Positions 48,800 through 60,764 of a DNA stretch of 64,000 bases are shown here, one piece after another. The notes under the pieces are model-generated. The model did no database searches. It saw only the letters and a program-made list of their open reading frames with translations, and was not told where the DNA came from. The DNA is taken from assembly GCF_006345805.1 (NCBI RefSeq), contig NC_043002.1, positions 91,512,001 through 91,576,000 on the forward strand. Reading direction: 5' to 3'. This DNA is from Octopus sinensis (taxonomy: Eukaryota). The first letter of the stretch is position 1. The number at the start of each line of letters is the position of its first letter. The position numbers and the translations under genes were made by a program.

Positions 48800-51700
48800 A
48801 ATATACCGTAGACCTCACAAATAGGGAGACGATGCTCCTAGGGGCATGGAAACTAATTAAACAAGCGATCAATTGGGCAAATCTCATGATCCCATCAGAG
48901 ACAATTGAAGCAGTGGTGACAAGAACGGTACTTTTCAGATGCATCTCAGAAGATACAAAAATCGCTGCTTTGATAGCCAAAGTAGATACTGAGGCAGCGC
49001 TGAGGTGCATAAGAAATGACATCGAATATATAGCGAGGGGCAAACAATACGGCACCATTTTGGTGCTGTTTCAATCAGAAACCCTCGCTGAGAAACATTC
49101 ACTGACACTAGAAAAAGTCATCATGTACCCCTCCCACAGCGGGAAACGTACAGCCCGTGTCCGCATTCCTAAAACCCACCCAGGACTAGATATTTGGTGG
49201 GTTCTGGGATGCGTAATTGTGGATGGGACGGATACTGTCCCTATAGAGGCGACAAGAACTGCCAGGAAGTATTAATCAGGGGTTAACTTGTAGATACATC
49301 TCCAGATCAGACCCGAAAACATTAAAGATAATACCAGACCACATTCGTCTCCAGAGCGAGACGGTGATACATACCATGACTGAAGACAGGAGGCCTCATT
49401 GTTCCAGGTGTGGAGAAATTACTCTTTTGGCTGCTCGATGCCGCCTACGCCGAGACGAGAACCGCAAACATCACCAGCACCGGTAAAACTACCAGCAACA
49501 ACACCAAAACATTAAGCACCCCCTAGGGGGAAAACAAGGAAAGCTCTCTCACTCCCCTCACACCAAACAAAAATACACACATAAACAAGATTATAAACAT
49601 ACACACAGGCACACTTACAGCAACAGACACTTCACCTTCCAGTAGTGAAAATGAAGGAGAACCGAAAGGGCACAAAAAAAATTAAAAAGAAAGCACAAAA
49701 AGAAAACTCTACAAAGCATAACAACACACACAATAAAATATACAAACACCACCCACGCAAACATCTCCCCCAAACTACCAACACAAACACAACCAACACA
49801 ATCACTATCACCAGAATCCCCCAAACGCAAACAATCTAAACAAGAACATATACTCACACAAACATCTAAAACTGCGGATACCACACTCACAACACACGCA
49901 GAAACAACATCACCATCACCACTACAGTCAAGGAAGCAAATTAAACAACACCAACACAAATCACTCAACTTCGTACTCATCGGAAGGGATAACGAGGAAC
50001 TGATATCACTCGTAACACAAAACACGGTATTTGAAACACAGGCGGGGGTGAGCTTCGAATCGAATGCATTTACTTCTGGTTCGAATGTCACTCGATTGCT
50101 ACACATAAATGCGAGAGAGCTTTCCAGAAGACGTGGGAACCCCGGACTTGAGACCCATATCAAGTCTCTTAAAGGGGTTCTCTCAAAAGACCCCAACAAC
50201 TATAGGGGTCGAACCACCCGACCATCACAAGACACAGGGAGGTAAGTAAACCTTTCCTTTCTCTCTTTAAGTTTGCCAATATGGCCAAACTAAGAGTAGG
50301 ATTTTAAATGTGCGAGGCCTGGGGTCACCCTGGAATCAGGGACCTCGGGTCTCTAGAACTGGATATAATTGTTGTCAATGAAACCAGGATTTCCAATACA
50401 CACGCACTGGCCCCATGTTCGACGACTATCTTCTGGGAGGTGGAGTAGCAGCGCTGTGAAAAAGGCAAATAACTTCAGCTGAATTTCAAGATGGCCTTGT
50501 CGGTTGCAGGAAGCACAAGTCACCAGGTTTAGATGAACAACCCTACGAACTTTACGTAAATATGCCAGACTTGTTCTCTGATCTCCTCGAAACGCTCTAC
50601 AGCTACTGGCAGGAGAACGGGAATATTCCCAGTTCTCTGAGCCGGGGCGTAGTGACGCTGATAAGGAAAGACGAAAACAAAAGGGACACATTAGATAATT
50701 TCAGACCAATAACTCTGATTAACACAGAGTTTAAGATTTTGGCCAAGGCATTAGCAAAAAGGTTGGCGCTTGTCGTCGAAGATTTGGTTGGAGAAGCGCA
50801 AAACTGCGCAATTCCGACTAGGTCCATACACATTAACCTACACCATAGAAAGGGTAGGGTGTAAACCTAGCTTCGGTGGAGCGCTGATCAATTAAATTAA
50901 TTGAAAGCATTCGAAAGGGTCGACCATCGATCTCTGGCGGTTGTCCTCAAAGCGGCTGGCTTCGGCCTCGTCTTCAGAGGCTGGATCCCTGCAATACACA
51001 GCGGCATCTGCTCGGTGATCAAAATTAATGGTCACCTCTCGAAACCGTTTCAGATTTCCCGATCGGTCCGTCAAGGGTGCATTCTCTCCTCCTTTCTGTT
51101 TGTATTGACTGTTCAGCCTTTACTGCAGAAACTGGAGCTGCTGCAAGACATCCCGCTCGAACCAGGACGCAGGAGATCTGTGTTGGCGTATGCGGACGAT
51201 ATCATCCCATGCAAAAGGTCCCTGAATAAGGGTTGTTTAAAGATGTTGAACGAGACACCCATGTTTCCAGAGGTAAATTATCCAAATCCTAAAGAATTCC
51301 TCTCAACATATGACTATGATGCTCCCCCACAACTTCTCGTGATCAGAGATGTACATAACGGCAGCCACTAAGGGACACACTCAACTGGTTATGGTTAAAC
51401 AACTGACAAACGAATCTGTGGTATTGAGCAGAATATTTGCGATAACCCATCTTTTATACCAAGAGAAAACAACGTACATGATAATACTTCCAATCAGTTT
51501 AAGATGAGAAGCCATGAAAGTCACGGCCTCGTACTACATCAGGGCGTGACGAGCTGGTAGAATCGTTAATGCGCCTGAACAATACCTTGCGGCACCTCAT
51601 CTGTGTTAACGTTCTAAATCCAACCGCCGAGGGCGATCTAGCATATTCCCACCTTTTGGGCTCGATAGAATAATTACCAGTTGAGCTAAATTCCAGGTCC

Positions 51701-51874
51701 TGTGTCTAGAAAAGATTATTATTGTGTTCGTGGTGGTGTTTTACCCCTGCTTCCTGTTTCTCGGTGCCGCTCCTTTAATAATTGTTCAGTTCAATTTGAC
51801 CTCAAATTCTTTCGTTCCTATGATATGTTAACCCAATTCACTCAGTTTCCCTTTCATAGCACATATTGTCTATG

Positions 51875-52070
51875 CTGTACATACATACATACATACATAC
51901 ATACATACATACATACATACATACGTACGTACGTACATACATACATACATACATACATACATACATACATACATAATACATACATACATACATACATACA
52001 TACATACATACATACATACATACATACATACATACATACATACATACGTACGTACGTACGTACATACATA
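51875..52070. repeat. (TACA)n microsatellite
   Basis: Visible directly. Confidence 0.95.
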
Positions 52071-52575
52071 CATGGTGGCTGCCCCCTCGTTATCGAGTAT
52101 GGCCATTGCACGTAGCTTAATCAATGGTGTTATCGTGCAATGTCTGTGCAAGAAGATATTTTTTAAAGTGAGGAAAGGCTGTGCACTGAGTCAATCCCAC
52201 TCACTAAGCAACAGCAGCCATAACCTGAAAAGAAGAACAAGTCAACATCATCGGTAACCACTGAGCCGCAGGTTTTATGTCGGAGTTATCCCAGTTGCCT
52301 GAGTTACCTTCTCCTAGAAGGATGCCCTAACAAAGGCTAGGAGTCCTTCACTCCCAATGGTTTAACCGCGCGATCGGGTATTCAGTCCGATTATTTCTAT
52401 GTCTCCGCGCATGATACAGCCTTAAGACATTTATTGGATGGCCGTTGACTCTCAAGAGTTCCTCCGCCCTTTGACGGGTTTTGTTTTTCATCCCGCTGGG
52501 TGTACAATAAACACCCTCCTCACCAAGCAAGCTTGGTGGGGTTGCCAGTTTAGTCGCCAACGACCCGACCATACA
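52071..52575 (-). mobile_element. Short non-coding RTE derivative (5' UTR-like part fused to an RTE 3' tail) inside (TATG)n
   Basis: 52071-52108 matches the RTE 3' UTR at about 39417-39452 almost exactly. The 5' part contains ggcgactaaactggcaacccc and tagggcatccttctaggagaaggtaactc, which resemble RTE 5' UTRs (from memory). Confidence 0.6.
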
Positions 52576-52606
52576 ACATACATACATACATACATACATA
52601 CATACA

Positions 52607-52637
<31 letters not shown>

Positions 52638-53008
52638 GTAACAGACTGTCTAAATACCAATCTTGAAAAATTAGGCTTCTCAAGACCAGAAGGGAGAAAG
52701 CTGATTCGAAGAGTACAAATCCAATCCATCACTGGAACTATTAAAATTCGTAGAACTTGCCAGAAGTTTATCATTCAAGCATAAATGAATATGTCTAGAT
52801 ATGCAAATATATGCATGGGAAAACATTCATAAAACAAAATATACAAATCTACACATATGCATACACACATACAAAAACACCCTGTTGATATTGTTGAAAT
52901 TCCAATGATGGAGCCTTAGATCTAGGTTAGAAACATACTGTTTCTCTATTGGCAAGACATCTTGACATAAAACTGAATAATGACATACATACATACATAC
53001 ATACATAT

Positions 53009-53039
<31 letters not shown>

Positions 53040-53465
53040 CATACATACATACATATATACATACATACATGCGTATAAATGCATTCTTACAAATATGTGT
53101 GCGCGTGTCTGTAGTATTTATTTACTAGTCACATTATCTCGATTTGGAAGCGTCTTCTCGTATATATTGTTGCCATTGCAACGTTACCGACAATTTGTAT
53201 TTCCTTAAAATCTGTGAACATACGTGTTTGGCTGCCATGTTCTCATGCATCGCTATTTTCTGACCAGAAACATTAGCTCAGTATCTACTTATCTACCATT
53301 AATTCAATATCTCTTTCTTAGCGTTTCGATGCACTTCGACAAATAAATTAACGAGAAATACTTTATGGTCTCGCTCGAAATAGCAGCCAAATCTCCTTCA
53401 AATCCCATTTTGCCGTTTTAAGAGCAAGTAGGTTGCCCAACATAATATTAGCTATATTGTTGAAA

Positions 53466-53697
53466 GGCGGCGAGCTGGCAGAAACGTTAGCACGCAGGGC
53501 GAAATGCGTAGCCGTATTTCGTCTGCCCGTATCGTTCTGGGTTCAAATTCCGCCGAGGTCGACTTTGCCTTTCATCCTTTCGGGTTCGATAAATTAAGTA
53601 CCAGTTATGCACTGGAGTCAATGTAATCGACTTAATCTGTTTGTCTGTCTTTGTTTGTCCCCTCTGTGTTTAGCCCCTTGTGGGTAATAAAGAAACA
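53466..53697 (+). mobile_element. Full-length monomeric SINE-M
   Basis: TSD TATATTGTT(G/T)AAA at 53453-53465 / 53698-53710 (12/13). Confidence 0.9.
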
Positions 53698-54137
53698 TAT
53701 ATTGTTTAAATGAAAAACTGGATGGGCAGTGGTGGAACGTCTTTGAGTTTGATCAGAGCTAACAAGCTAGAAGGTCACGATACACAAGATGTTAAAATCG
53801 TCAACATGTACCGTTAGCTTGTTAACCTACACAGCTATTCAAGATATTCATGTAAGTACTGATGCATATATACTTGACATCGATTTCATAAACAACATAC
53901 TGTCTCATACATGCAAATATATACACAAATGTCGATGATGTTAGTTTCATATGTTGGTACAAGGCCTGCAATTTCAGGAGGATAGTTGAATCGATTACAA
54001 CGACGATAGCGCTCAACTGATACTTATTTTATCGAAAGGATGAAAGGCAAGGTCGATCAGCATGTAAAGACGAAATACCGCTAAACATTATGTTCAGCAT
54101 GCTACATGAGGTTGATATTAACACAAAGTATTGATAA

Positions 54138-56656
54138 TCTATAACAATAAAAGCGAAATTCTGTCTGTCCGCCTGGGATCCCTGTATCTCAGTCTACATT
54201 TCCTCTATATAGACATACTATACCTTTTTGGAATTAGGATGATCCCAGGATTGAAAATCTGCCCTTCATTTGGTTCTTGACCATCCAGCATTCGGATCTG
54301 ATTTAAAAGCACTGTGCAACACGCAAAAAAGTTCAAGAGATCTGTGGCCATTTTTATATGCAAAATGACATGGGAAATCTATTTCTGGCCTTCTTTTTGT
54401 TGAATTAGAGACCAATCTTAGTAACACCTACAATGTGATTCAAAACTCGTGTTTAATGTTATTTTTTATCTTTCATATCTTATTTGTTTTCAAGGCAGTG
54501 CAAAAATGATCCAAACAGATTCACTTATATCTGTTGGGAATTGACTTTTGCTAAAGAAAAGCGCAGTATTACACGCCATATCAGGAAAATATACAAGGCG
54601 TATTGTGATTGTTACTTAGGAGACCAGGATAAGTCATGGGCTCCTCATGTGTGTTGCCTCATATGTGTGAAAGCATTGAGTGTCTGGTATGCAGGGAAAA
54701 ATGTTCACATGAAGTTTGGTGTTCCAATGATTTGGTGTGAGCAGAAAGATCACTCTAATGATTGCTATTTCTGTCACAATGGCTTTACAGTCTGTACTAC
54801 AACAAAGAAAAAGAAACATATTGTTTACCCAAATTTGCAATCAGCAATGCGCCCTGTAGAGCACTGGGGTAATTTACCTGTGCCCAAATCCCCAGATCAA
54901 GAAATGCAGAGTTCCAATTGTGCTGATGAGCATTCCAGTGGTGAATGTGTGGAGCCCAATGATCCAGAAAGCGGGAATAAAGCAATACCATTTCTCAAGA
55001 GGCTCTAAATGACTTGTGCTGGAATCTCTATTTAACCAAAGAGAAAAGTGAGTTTCTGGCATCAATGCTTCAAGAACGTAATCTTCTTGAGAAAGGAGTA
55101 AAGATAAAACTGTACAGAAAAAGGAAAGAGGGTCTGCTTGCATTATTCACCATGAAGGATGACATATGCTTTTGTAATGGCATCATTGAACCTGTTGAGC
55201 AACTGGAAATACCATATGATAAAACCAACTGATGCATCCAAGGACAACATCAAAGCTGTTCTGCTACACAATGGTAACACTCTGTGTTCTGTTTCCATAG
55301 CTTATAACACAACCATGAAAGAATCATAGGAAAATCTGAAAGCAATTCTAACAAGCATACATTATGATGATCATGCCAGGCATATTTGTGCAGATTTAAG
55401 GTTGTGGCCATGCTTACTGGCCTTCAGCTTGGCTATACTAAATTTTGCTGCTTCCTGTGCTTATGGAATTCCTGAGCAAGGGCTGAACATTATGTATGCA
55501 AGGATTGGCCGATCCGGGATGAAATTGAGCAAGGAAAACACAACATCATGCAGAAACCCCTTGTGAAAAGTGATAGAATTTTTTTACCACCCTTGCATAT
55601 TAAACTTGTTTTGTTTAAGCAATTTGCGAAACCCTTGGACAAGGAATCCTCCGCATTTGCATATCTTGCAGAAAAGTTATCTTTCCTGAGTCAAGCTAAA
55701 ATTAAAGAAGATTTCTTCATAGGTCCCCAAATTCGAAAAATTGTACTTGATGAAACCTTCATCAAACATCTCAAGAGAAAAGAAAAGCTTGCCTTTGAGT
55801 CATTCAAGAATGTTTGCGATACCTTCATAGGCAACCATCATTCAGAAGACTATGTGCAAGTTGTGAATGATCTGCTGAGTCATTATCATGATATGGGATG
55901 TAACATGTCTCTAAATGTTCATGTGCTTCACTCTCATTTGGACTTTTTTGCGGAAAATCTTGGTGATGTGAGTGATGAACATGGTGAAAGATTCCATCAG
56001 GATATTTCAGTGATGGAGCGACGATTCAAAGGAAAATGGAACCCTGGTATGTTGGCAGACAACTGCTGGGGTATAAAAAACAGAAGATCACATTCCGTAC
56101 AAGAGACTTAGAAGGACAAATGTTGTTTAAACTGACAGGTGTGTTTTCAATTCATAACAAATATGTTTTGTTATATCAACTAAATTTTTTGTTTTGTTTT
56201 CTGTAGCTTTCAGTATTTACAATGTTGTGTTCAATGCGCAATATTATGCAGTATATTATAAAACATATGGTTCATGGTACAGGAAAACGGTGCCTAATCT
56301 GGAGAAATACAGGTCAGAATCAGAATCAGAACAATTCTTTGACCCAGAAACAAGTCTTACTTAACTTGTACTTTTTTTGGAACCTGAAATTTGTTGCACA
56401 GTGAAGCATTTGGATTGCTATTTCTAACAGGTAATGCTTGGCTGATTCACGCGATATAGGTTGGCGTTTGTCAGATGATGTCAGATATCAAGGGGAAGAT
56501 AAATGACATTCGCTTCGTTAATTTTATGTCGAAATAAAAACTTTGGGACAACAGTTGGAATTCAAATTGGGACTGGAACAATAGAGTGATTGCATTACAG
56601 AATTCTCATCTGTCCTTAACCTCGAATCAAACACCACCGGGGCATATAGTCATAGT
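54138..56656 (+). mobile_element. Possible old non-autonomous Helitron hosting the Chapaev3 element
   Basis: The 5' end A|TCTATAACAATAAAAGCGAAATTCTGTCTGTC resembles Hel-A starts. The putative 3' end caccggggcat..atag|t is degenerate. Confidence 0.3.
54310..56403 (+). mobile_element. Chapaev3 (CMC superfamily) DNA transposon, terminally complete, transposase pseudogene
   Basis: 12-bp TIR CACTGTGCAACA / TGTTGCACAGTG. 3-bp flank AAG on both sides (54307-54309 / 56404-56406). Motifs CKNDPN, DQDKSWAPHVCC, DHSNDCYFC, LPPLHIKL, GPQIRK, CNMSL..HVLHSHLDFF, SDEHGERFHQDI. Frameshifts and stops. Confidence 0.92.
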
Positions 56657-57051
56657 AGATGTATTATAGTCATGCTATTAATATTCTGTTTAGTTTGGGG
56701 GTGCAGGCCTAATTAGCCCTTCACAGGAGCCGACCGAAAAGACCGCACGGAGTGAGGCTTTTAAGCTAGTCCCAAATATTCTGCACTAACGCATCCACAG
56801 TCAATATTAAATATAAAATAAGAAATAAAGATACAAAAATATTCCTCATAAAGATATATTTCTATATGGCTCTGCCTTAATGAGTAATCTTCTTGAAATA
56901 TCAGCCAAAATTCATTGAAATCACGTCATGAAGTTTAAAAAGTAAGTAGGAAATGTTAGATAAAGCAGTCTTAATAATATACTTTGCTTGAAAAATAAAG
57001 AAAAAAAACGGGATGGTCATGACCGGAATATCTTTGTTTTGGTTTTGTTTG

Positions 57052-57102
<51 letters not shown>

Positions 57103-57436
57103 CTATATATATATAAGGGTTTGTATGATTGTGTATAGAGGAATTATATATTATTCAAAGGAATTCCAACTCTGTTTTTTATGTTTCATTTATATTCTTT
57201 ATAATATTAATGTAGAATATAGAATATATAGTATAAATAGTATATATAGTAAAATGGAATGAAGTATTGATTGTCTTATTGAATAGATGAAATATTGAAT
57301 ATAAAATATTAAGGGACTATATACTTTCTTGCATTAAAGCAGTCTTCAAGGTCCCAGGTTGTGACAGGAGTGTTTCAACTGTGGTTGACTGACTGTCTTT
57401 TGTCCTTATAATATATATATATATATATATATATAG

Positions 57437-57464
<28 letters not shown>

Positions 57465-57467
<3 letters not shown>

Positions 57468-57742
57468 GAGACCACAAACGGGGTTTAAAATTTACGACAG
57501 CGTTTCGGTAGAATGATTGATATTTCATAACATAAAATCGTAACGTAAAATTCATCATCTTCAGATGAAAATTTTTAACAGGTATCAAACAGGAGATACA
57601 TCGATCGTGACGAATCAACCCAACATTGTTTGATAAGCGGTATTTTGAAAGTGGTGGATATGTCATGATGTAATCTATGATTACATCATGAAATTCTATC
57701 AAATCAGCTGTCGTAAATTTTAAACATATTTGTGTTCTCTTT
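57465..57742. repeat. Imperfect ~50-bp inverted repeat enclosing a hairpin and a hammerhead-like motif (PLE-like)
   Basis: Perfect 19-bp IR at 57483-57501 / 57707-57725, extending with AAGAGA.CACAAA. 12-bp hairpin CATGATGTAATC-TAT-GATTACATCATG at 57664-57690. Confidence 0.75.
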
Positions 57743-57957
57743 TCAGTATCTACATACGTCAAACCTACAACCAACTCTGAGTCGGATCTACGTTTCATAT
57801 TAGATTTGGTACTAAAATATCTACAGTATCCTTTCAAAAAATTGAAACTTCCATTGTTGTTTCACCTCGCAATGAACTCTACGTTATTGTACCTACTCAT
57901 TTCTGGCAACCTACGTGCTGATGCGCCTAGATTCAATTGAATTCTATAACTAATCCG

Positions 57958-58002
<45 letters not shown>

Positions 58003-58008
58003 GCTTAT

Positions 58009-58045
<37 letters not shown>

Positions 58046-58050
<5 letters not shown>

Positions 58051-58408
58051 TACATTTAAACACATAAGGAACCCACTCGTGGGATTCAACACGCTAGAAA
58101 GAACAGCTAGGTTCTATAACCACAAAATTAGAGATAAAATCCCAACAGGAACGATATGAAAAAATAAAAACTTATACTATCTAGATGGATGATATTATTT
58201 ATTTCCTAAACTAAAATCAGAAACCAATTGGTGCAGAAAGCTAGGTGGTAAAACAAAAACTTTTACCATCTAGATGGTAAAAGTTTTTATTTTTTCATTT
58301 CGTTCCTGCCGGGTTTTTATCACTAATTTTGTGGTTATAGAACCTAGTTGTTCTTTCTAGCGTGTTGAATCTCACGAGTGGATTTCTTATGTGTTTAAAC
58401 GTACACTG
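58046..58408. mobile_element. Foldback MITE (Tc1/mariner-type ends) with ~140-bp TIRs
   Basis: Arms 58047-58188 and 58266-58407 are about 90% identical by eye. Termini (C/T)AGTGTAC with TA on both flanks. Confidence 0.85.
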
Positions 58409-58514
58409 TATTTTATGAGTAATACATAGTCTTTGGACTAAATTTTTACACACTAGGCCACTGGAAGTGAAAATTTCTATTAATTTCCATTTCCTTTCGA
58501 TATGATTAAGGATG

Positions 58515-58574
<60 letters not shown>

Positions 58575-59661
58575 CATACATACATACATACATACATACA
58601 TACTTCAATTATAAACAATATGTTGACCCTTCAAACATTGTGCAGAAACAACGACAGACAATAATTATGTAACAAGCAATAACGTAACAAAAATATTATC
58701 TCTTAGGACTTAGATCGACTTACTAGAAATAGCAAAGAGCATTGGTTCAAATTATGCCCTGCAGTTTCGAAAACGAAGCAGGAAATATTAGATAAATTAT
58801 TGTGGTTCTGTTTGATTCTAGGGTTAAACAAAAACGGTTACAAATATTTGCTATTAAGAAAAGCGCTGCAAATATGTATCATACATTTCGAGATGATTTC
58901 ATTGAAAACAAACGAAGCATGAGTATTTGTTGTGTGTGAGAGTCTTTATACCATTCATCGAACAGCTAGAAATTGCGAGCAGATATCCCTCAAATCACCT
59001 CCACCATTTTCTAATGCGGAAAGGACACATATTATATCGTTAAACCACCATTGAAAAGCCATAAAGTAAATACTGAATACGCTTTGATTAAAGGATTCGG
59101 CTTCATCACGGTTGACTTATGTCTAAACAACAATGAACTTCAATGCAAACACACATTATCATATTGACAATAGGGACTATAGTAATTATAGATTCATCGT
59201 GTGGTGTCCACAAGCTCTTTTCATAAAGTCAATCTAGAGATATTGTTACCGAATCCGTTGTCAGATCCCGCTTTTTCCCTTAGGTCCATGCTTTTATGTT
59301 TTATTTGTAGAATATTTATAATACTCATCATATAGTACTATTGGTCATGTTGTTTTTGTTGCTGATGTCTCTGTTGTTTAACCTAGCACCAGCTGCCTTG
59401 ATGATACGAAATCTATGATCACCCCCGTTCTTGCGGTGACCATCCCGACGTTTGAGTGTACGCAGCATCATTTTATCTAACAAGTCGTTTCGTCTCCTAA
59501 GACAATTTGATGATATCTGAAGAAGATTTGGCTGCTACAGCTTGCAGATTAAGAGATGAGATACACTCTGTGTGGACACTTGATGTGTTACAATGAACAA
59601 CATAATAGAGTCTATGGCATGGCCAAATGAAGCCTACTGTATCACTGGGGCTCACCAAAGG

Positions 59662-60030
59662 CGTGGCGTGTGAGTAAGAAGCTTGCTTCCTAACCATGTG
59701 GTCTTGGACTCAGTCCTACTGCGTGGCACCTCGGGAAAAGGTCTTCCTCAGGACGAACAATGCTTGTGAGTGAACTGGTAGATGAAAACTGAAAGAAGCC
59801 TGTGGTATGTATGTATGTATAAATATATGCGTAAATGTGTGCGTGCGCGCTCGCGAGCGTGTGTATGTGTGTGTGCGTGTGTGTGTGTGGTGTGTCTACA
59901 TATATATAGGCGCAGGCGTGGCTGTGTGGTAAGAAGTTTGCTTCCCAACCACGTGGTTTCGGGTTCAGACACATTGAGTGGCACCTTGGGCAAGTGTCTT
60001 CAACTATAGCCTCGGGCGGACTAAAGAATA
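59662..60030 (+). mobile_element. Two tandem SINE-O 5' parts
   Basis: Heads at about 59662 and 59908, both with accttgggcaagt-like cores. Confidence 0.75.
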
Positions 60031-60457
60031 AAAGAATGCAAATAAATACTGATGCGTATATACATCACATCGACTTCCGAAACAACATACTGTCTCACAC
60101 ATTCAAATATACTCACAAACGTCGATGTATTTGTACATGACGTTGATGATAGTTTCACATTTTGGCACAAGGCCTTCAATTTCAGGAGAGTAATTATGTC
60201 GATTACAACGACGCTAGCGCCTAACTGATACTTATTTTGTCCAATGACTGAAATAAGTAAAAGAATGAAAGAACATCTCGTGGTGATGGACTTTTTATAT
60301 AAATAGGTATTTACAAGTTACAGCGGCTGTTGATCGTAATGGTGATGTTTAACCTAGTAACAGTGCTGACTGAGCTGACGCTATAGTCAACCCGTTTTGC
60401 AACCATCTTGCCCTTTATACAGCCAATTTGGGGGAGTGGGGGTATCGATTACATCGA

Positions 60458-60764
60458 ACGGGTCCACCACACCACCTCTTTCGCTACAGCCACTAGGCAA
60501 AGGAAAACTGCCTTGCCCTCCCGGTTAAAGGAAGTCGGCGGGGCAATCCTCACTATGGATTCAGCTGATAGCCGGATCCGTCCTATACGCGACAGTAGCT
60601 TTTCGACATAAACCCATAGTTCAGCGATACTCGGACACTGGACGAGTGCGTGCAGAACGGTTTCGTCGTCCTGGCAGCACCTCGGGCAGGTCCGGCTGAC
60701 GGCACTACCGTGCCGGTAGAGTTTATCTCGAAGAGGCAGAGCCCCTCGGTAGCACTGCCAGGCG

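Larger units (their letters stand above)
47600..51203 (+). mobile_element. L1/Tx1-clade LINE pseudocopy: ORF1 (SINE-interrupted) plus deleted ORF2 (APE and RT)
   Basis: ORF1: EDFPPLP, Asn/Ser-rich tract, VTRTVLFRCI, knuckle CSRCGEITLLAARC (49400). ORF2 from 50281: LNVRGL, DIIVVNETR, NFRPITLINTEFKILAK, KAFERVDH, VRQGCILS, AYADDI. Frameshifts and large deletions; ends at YADD. Confidence 0.9.

Noticed and set aside
57312-57356. Hammerhead-like GGGAC-CTTGAAGA-CTGC..GCAA-GAAA-GTATA-TA-GTCCC (minus strand)
   Set aside because: The core has an extra base, and helix I and helix III cannot both be formed in one register. Too ambiguous to call.
57406-57837. 143-aa minus-strand ORF
   Set aside because: No recognisable domain, it ends in (TA)n, and it overlaps the inverted-repeat structure.
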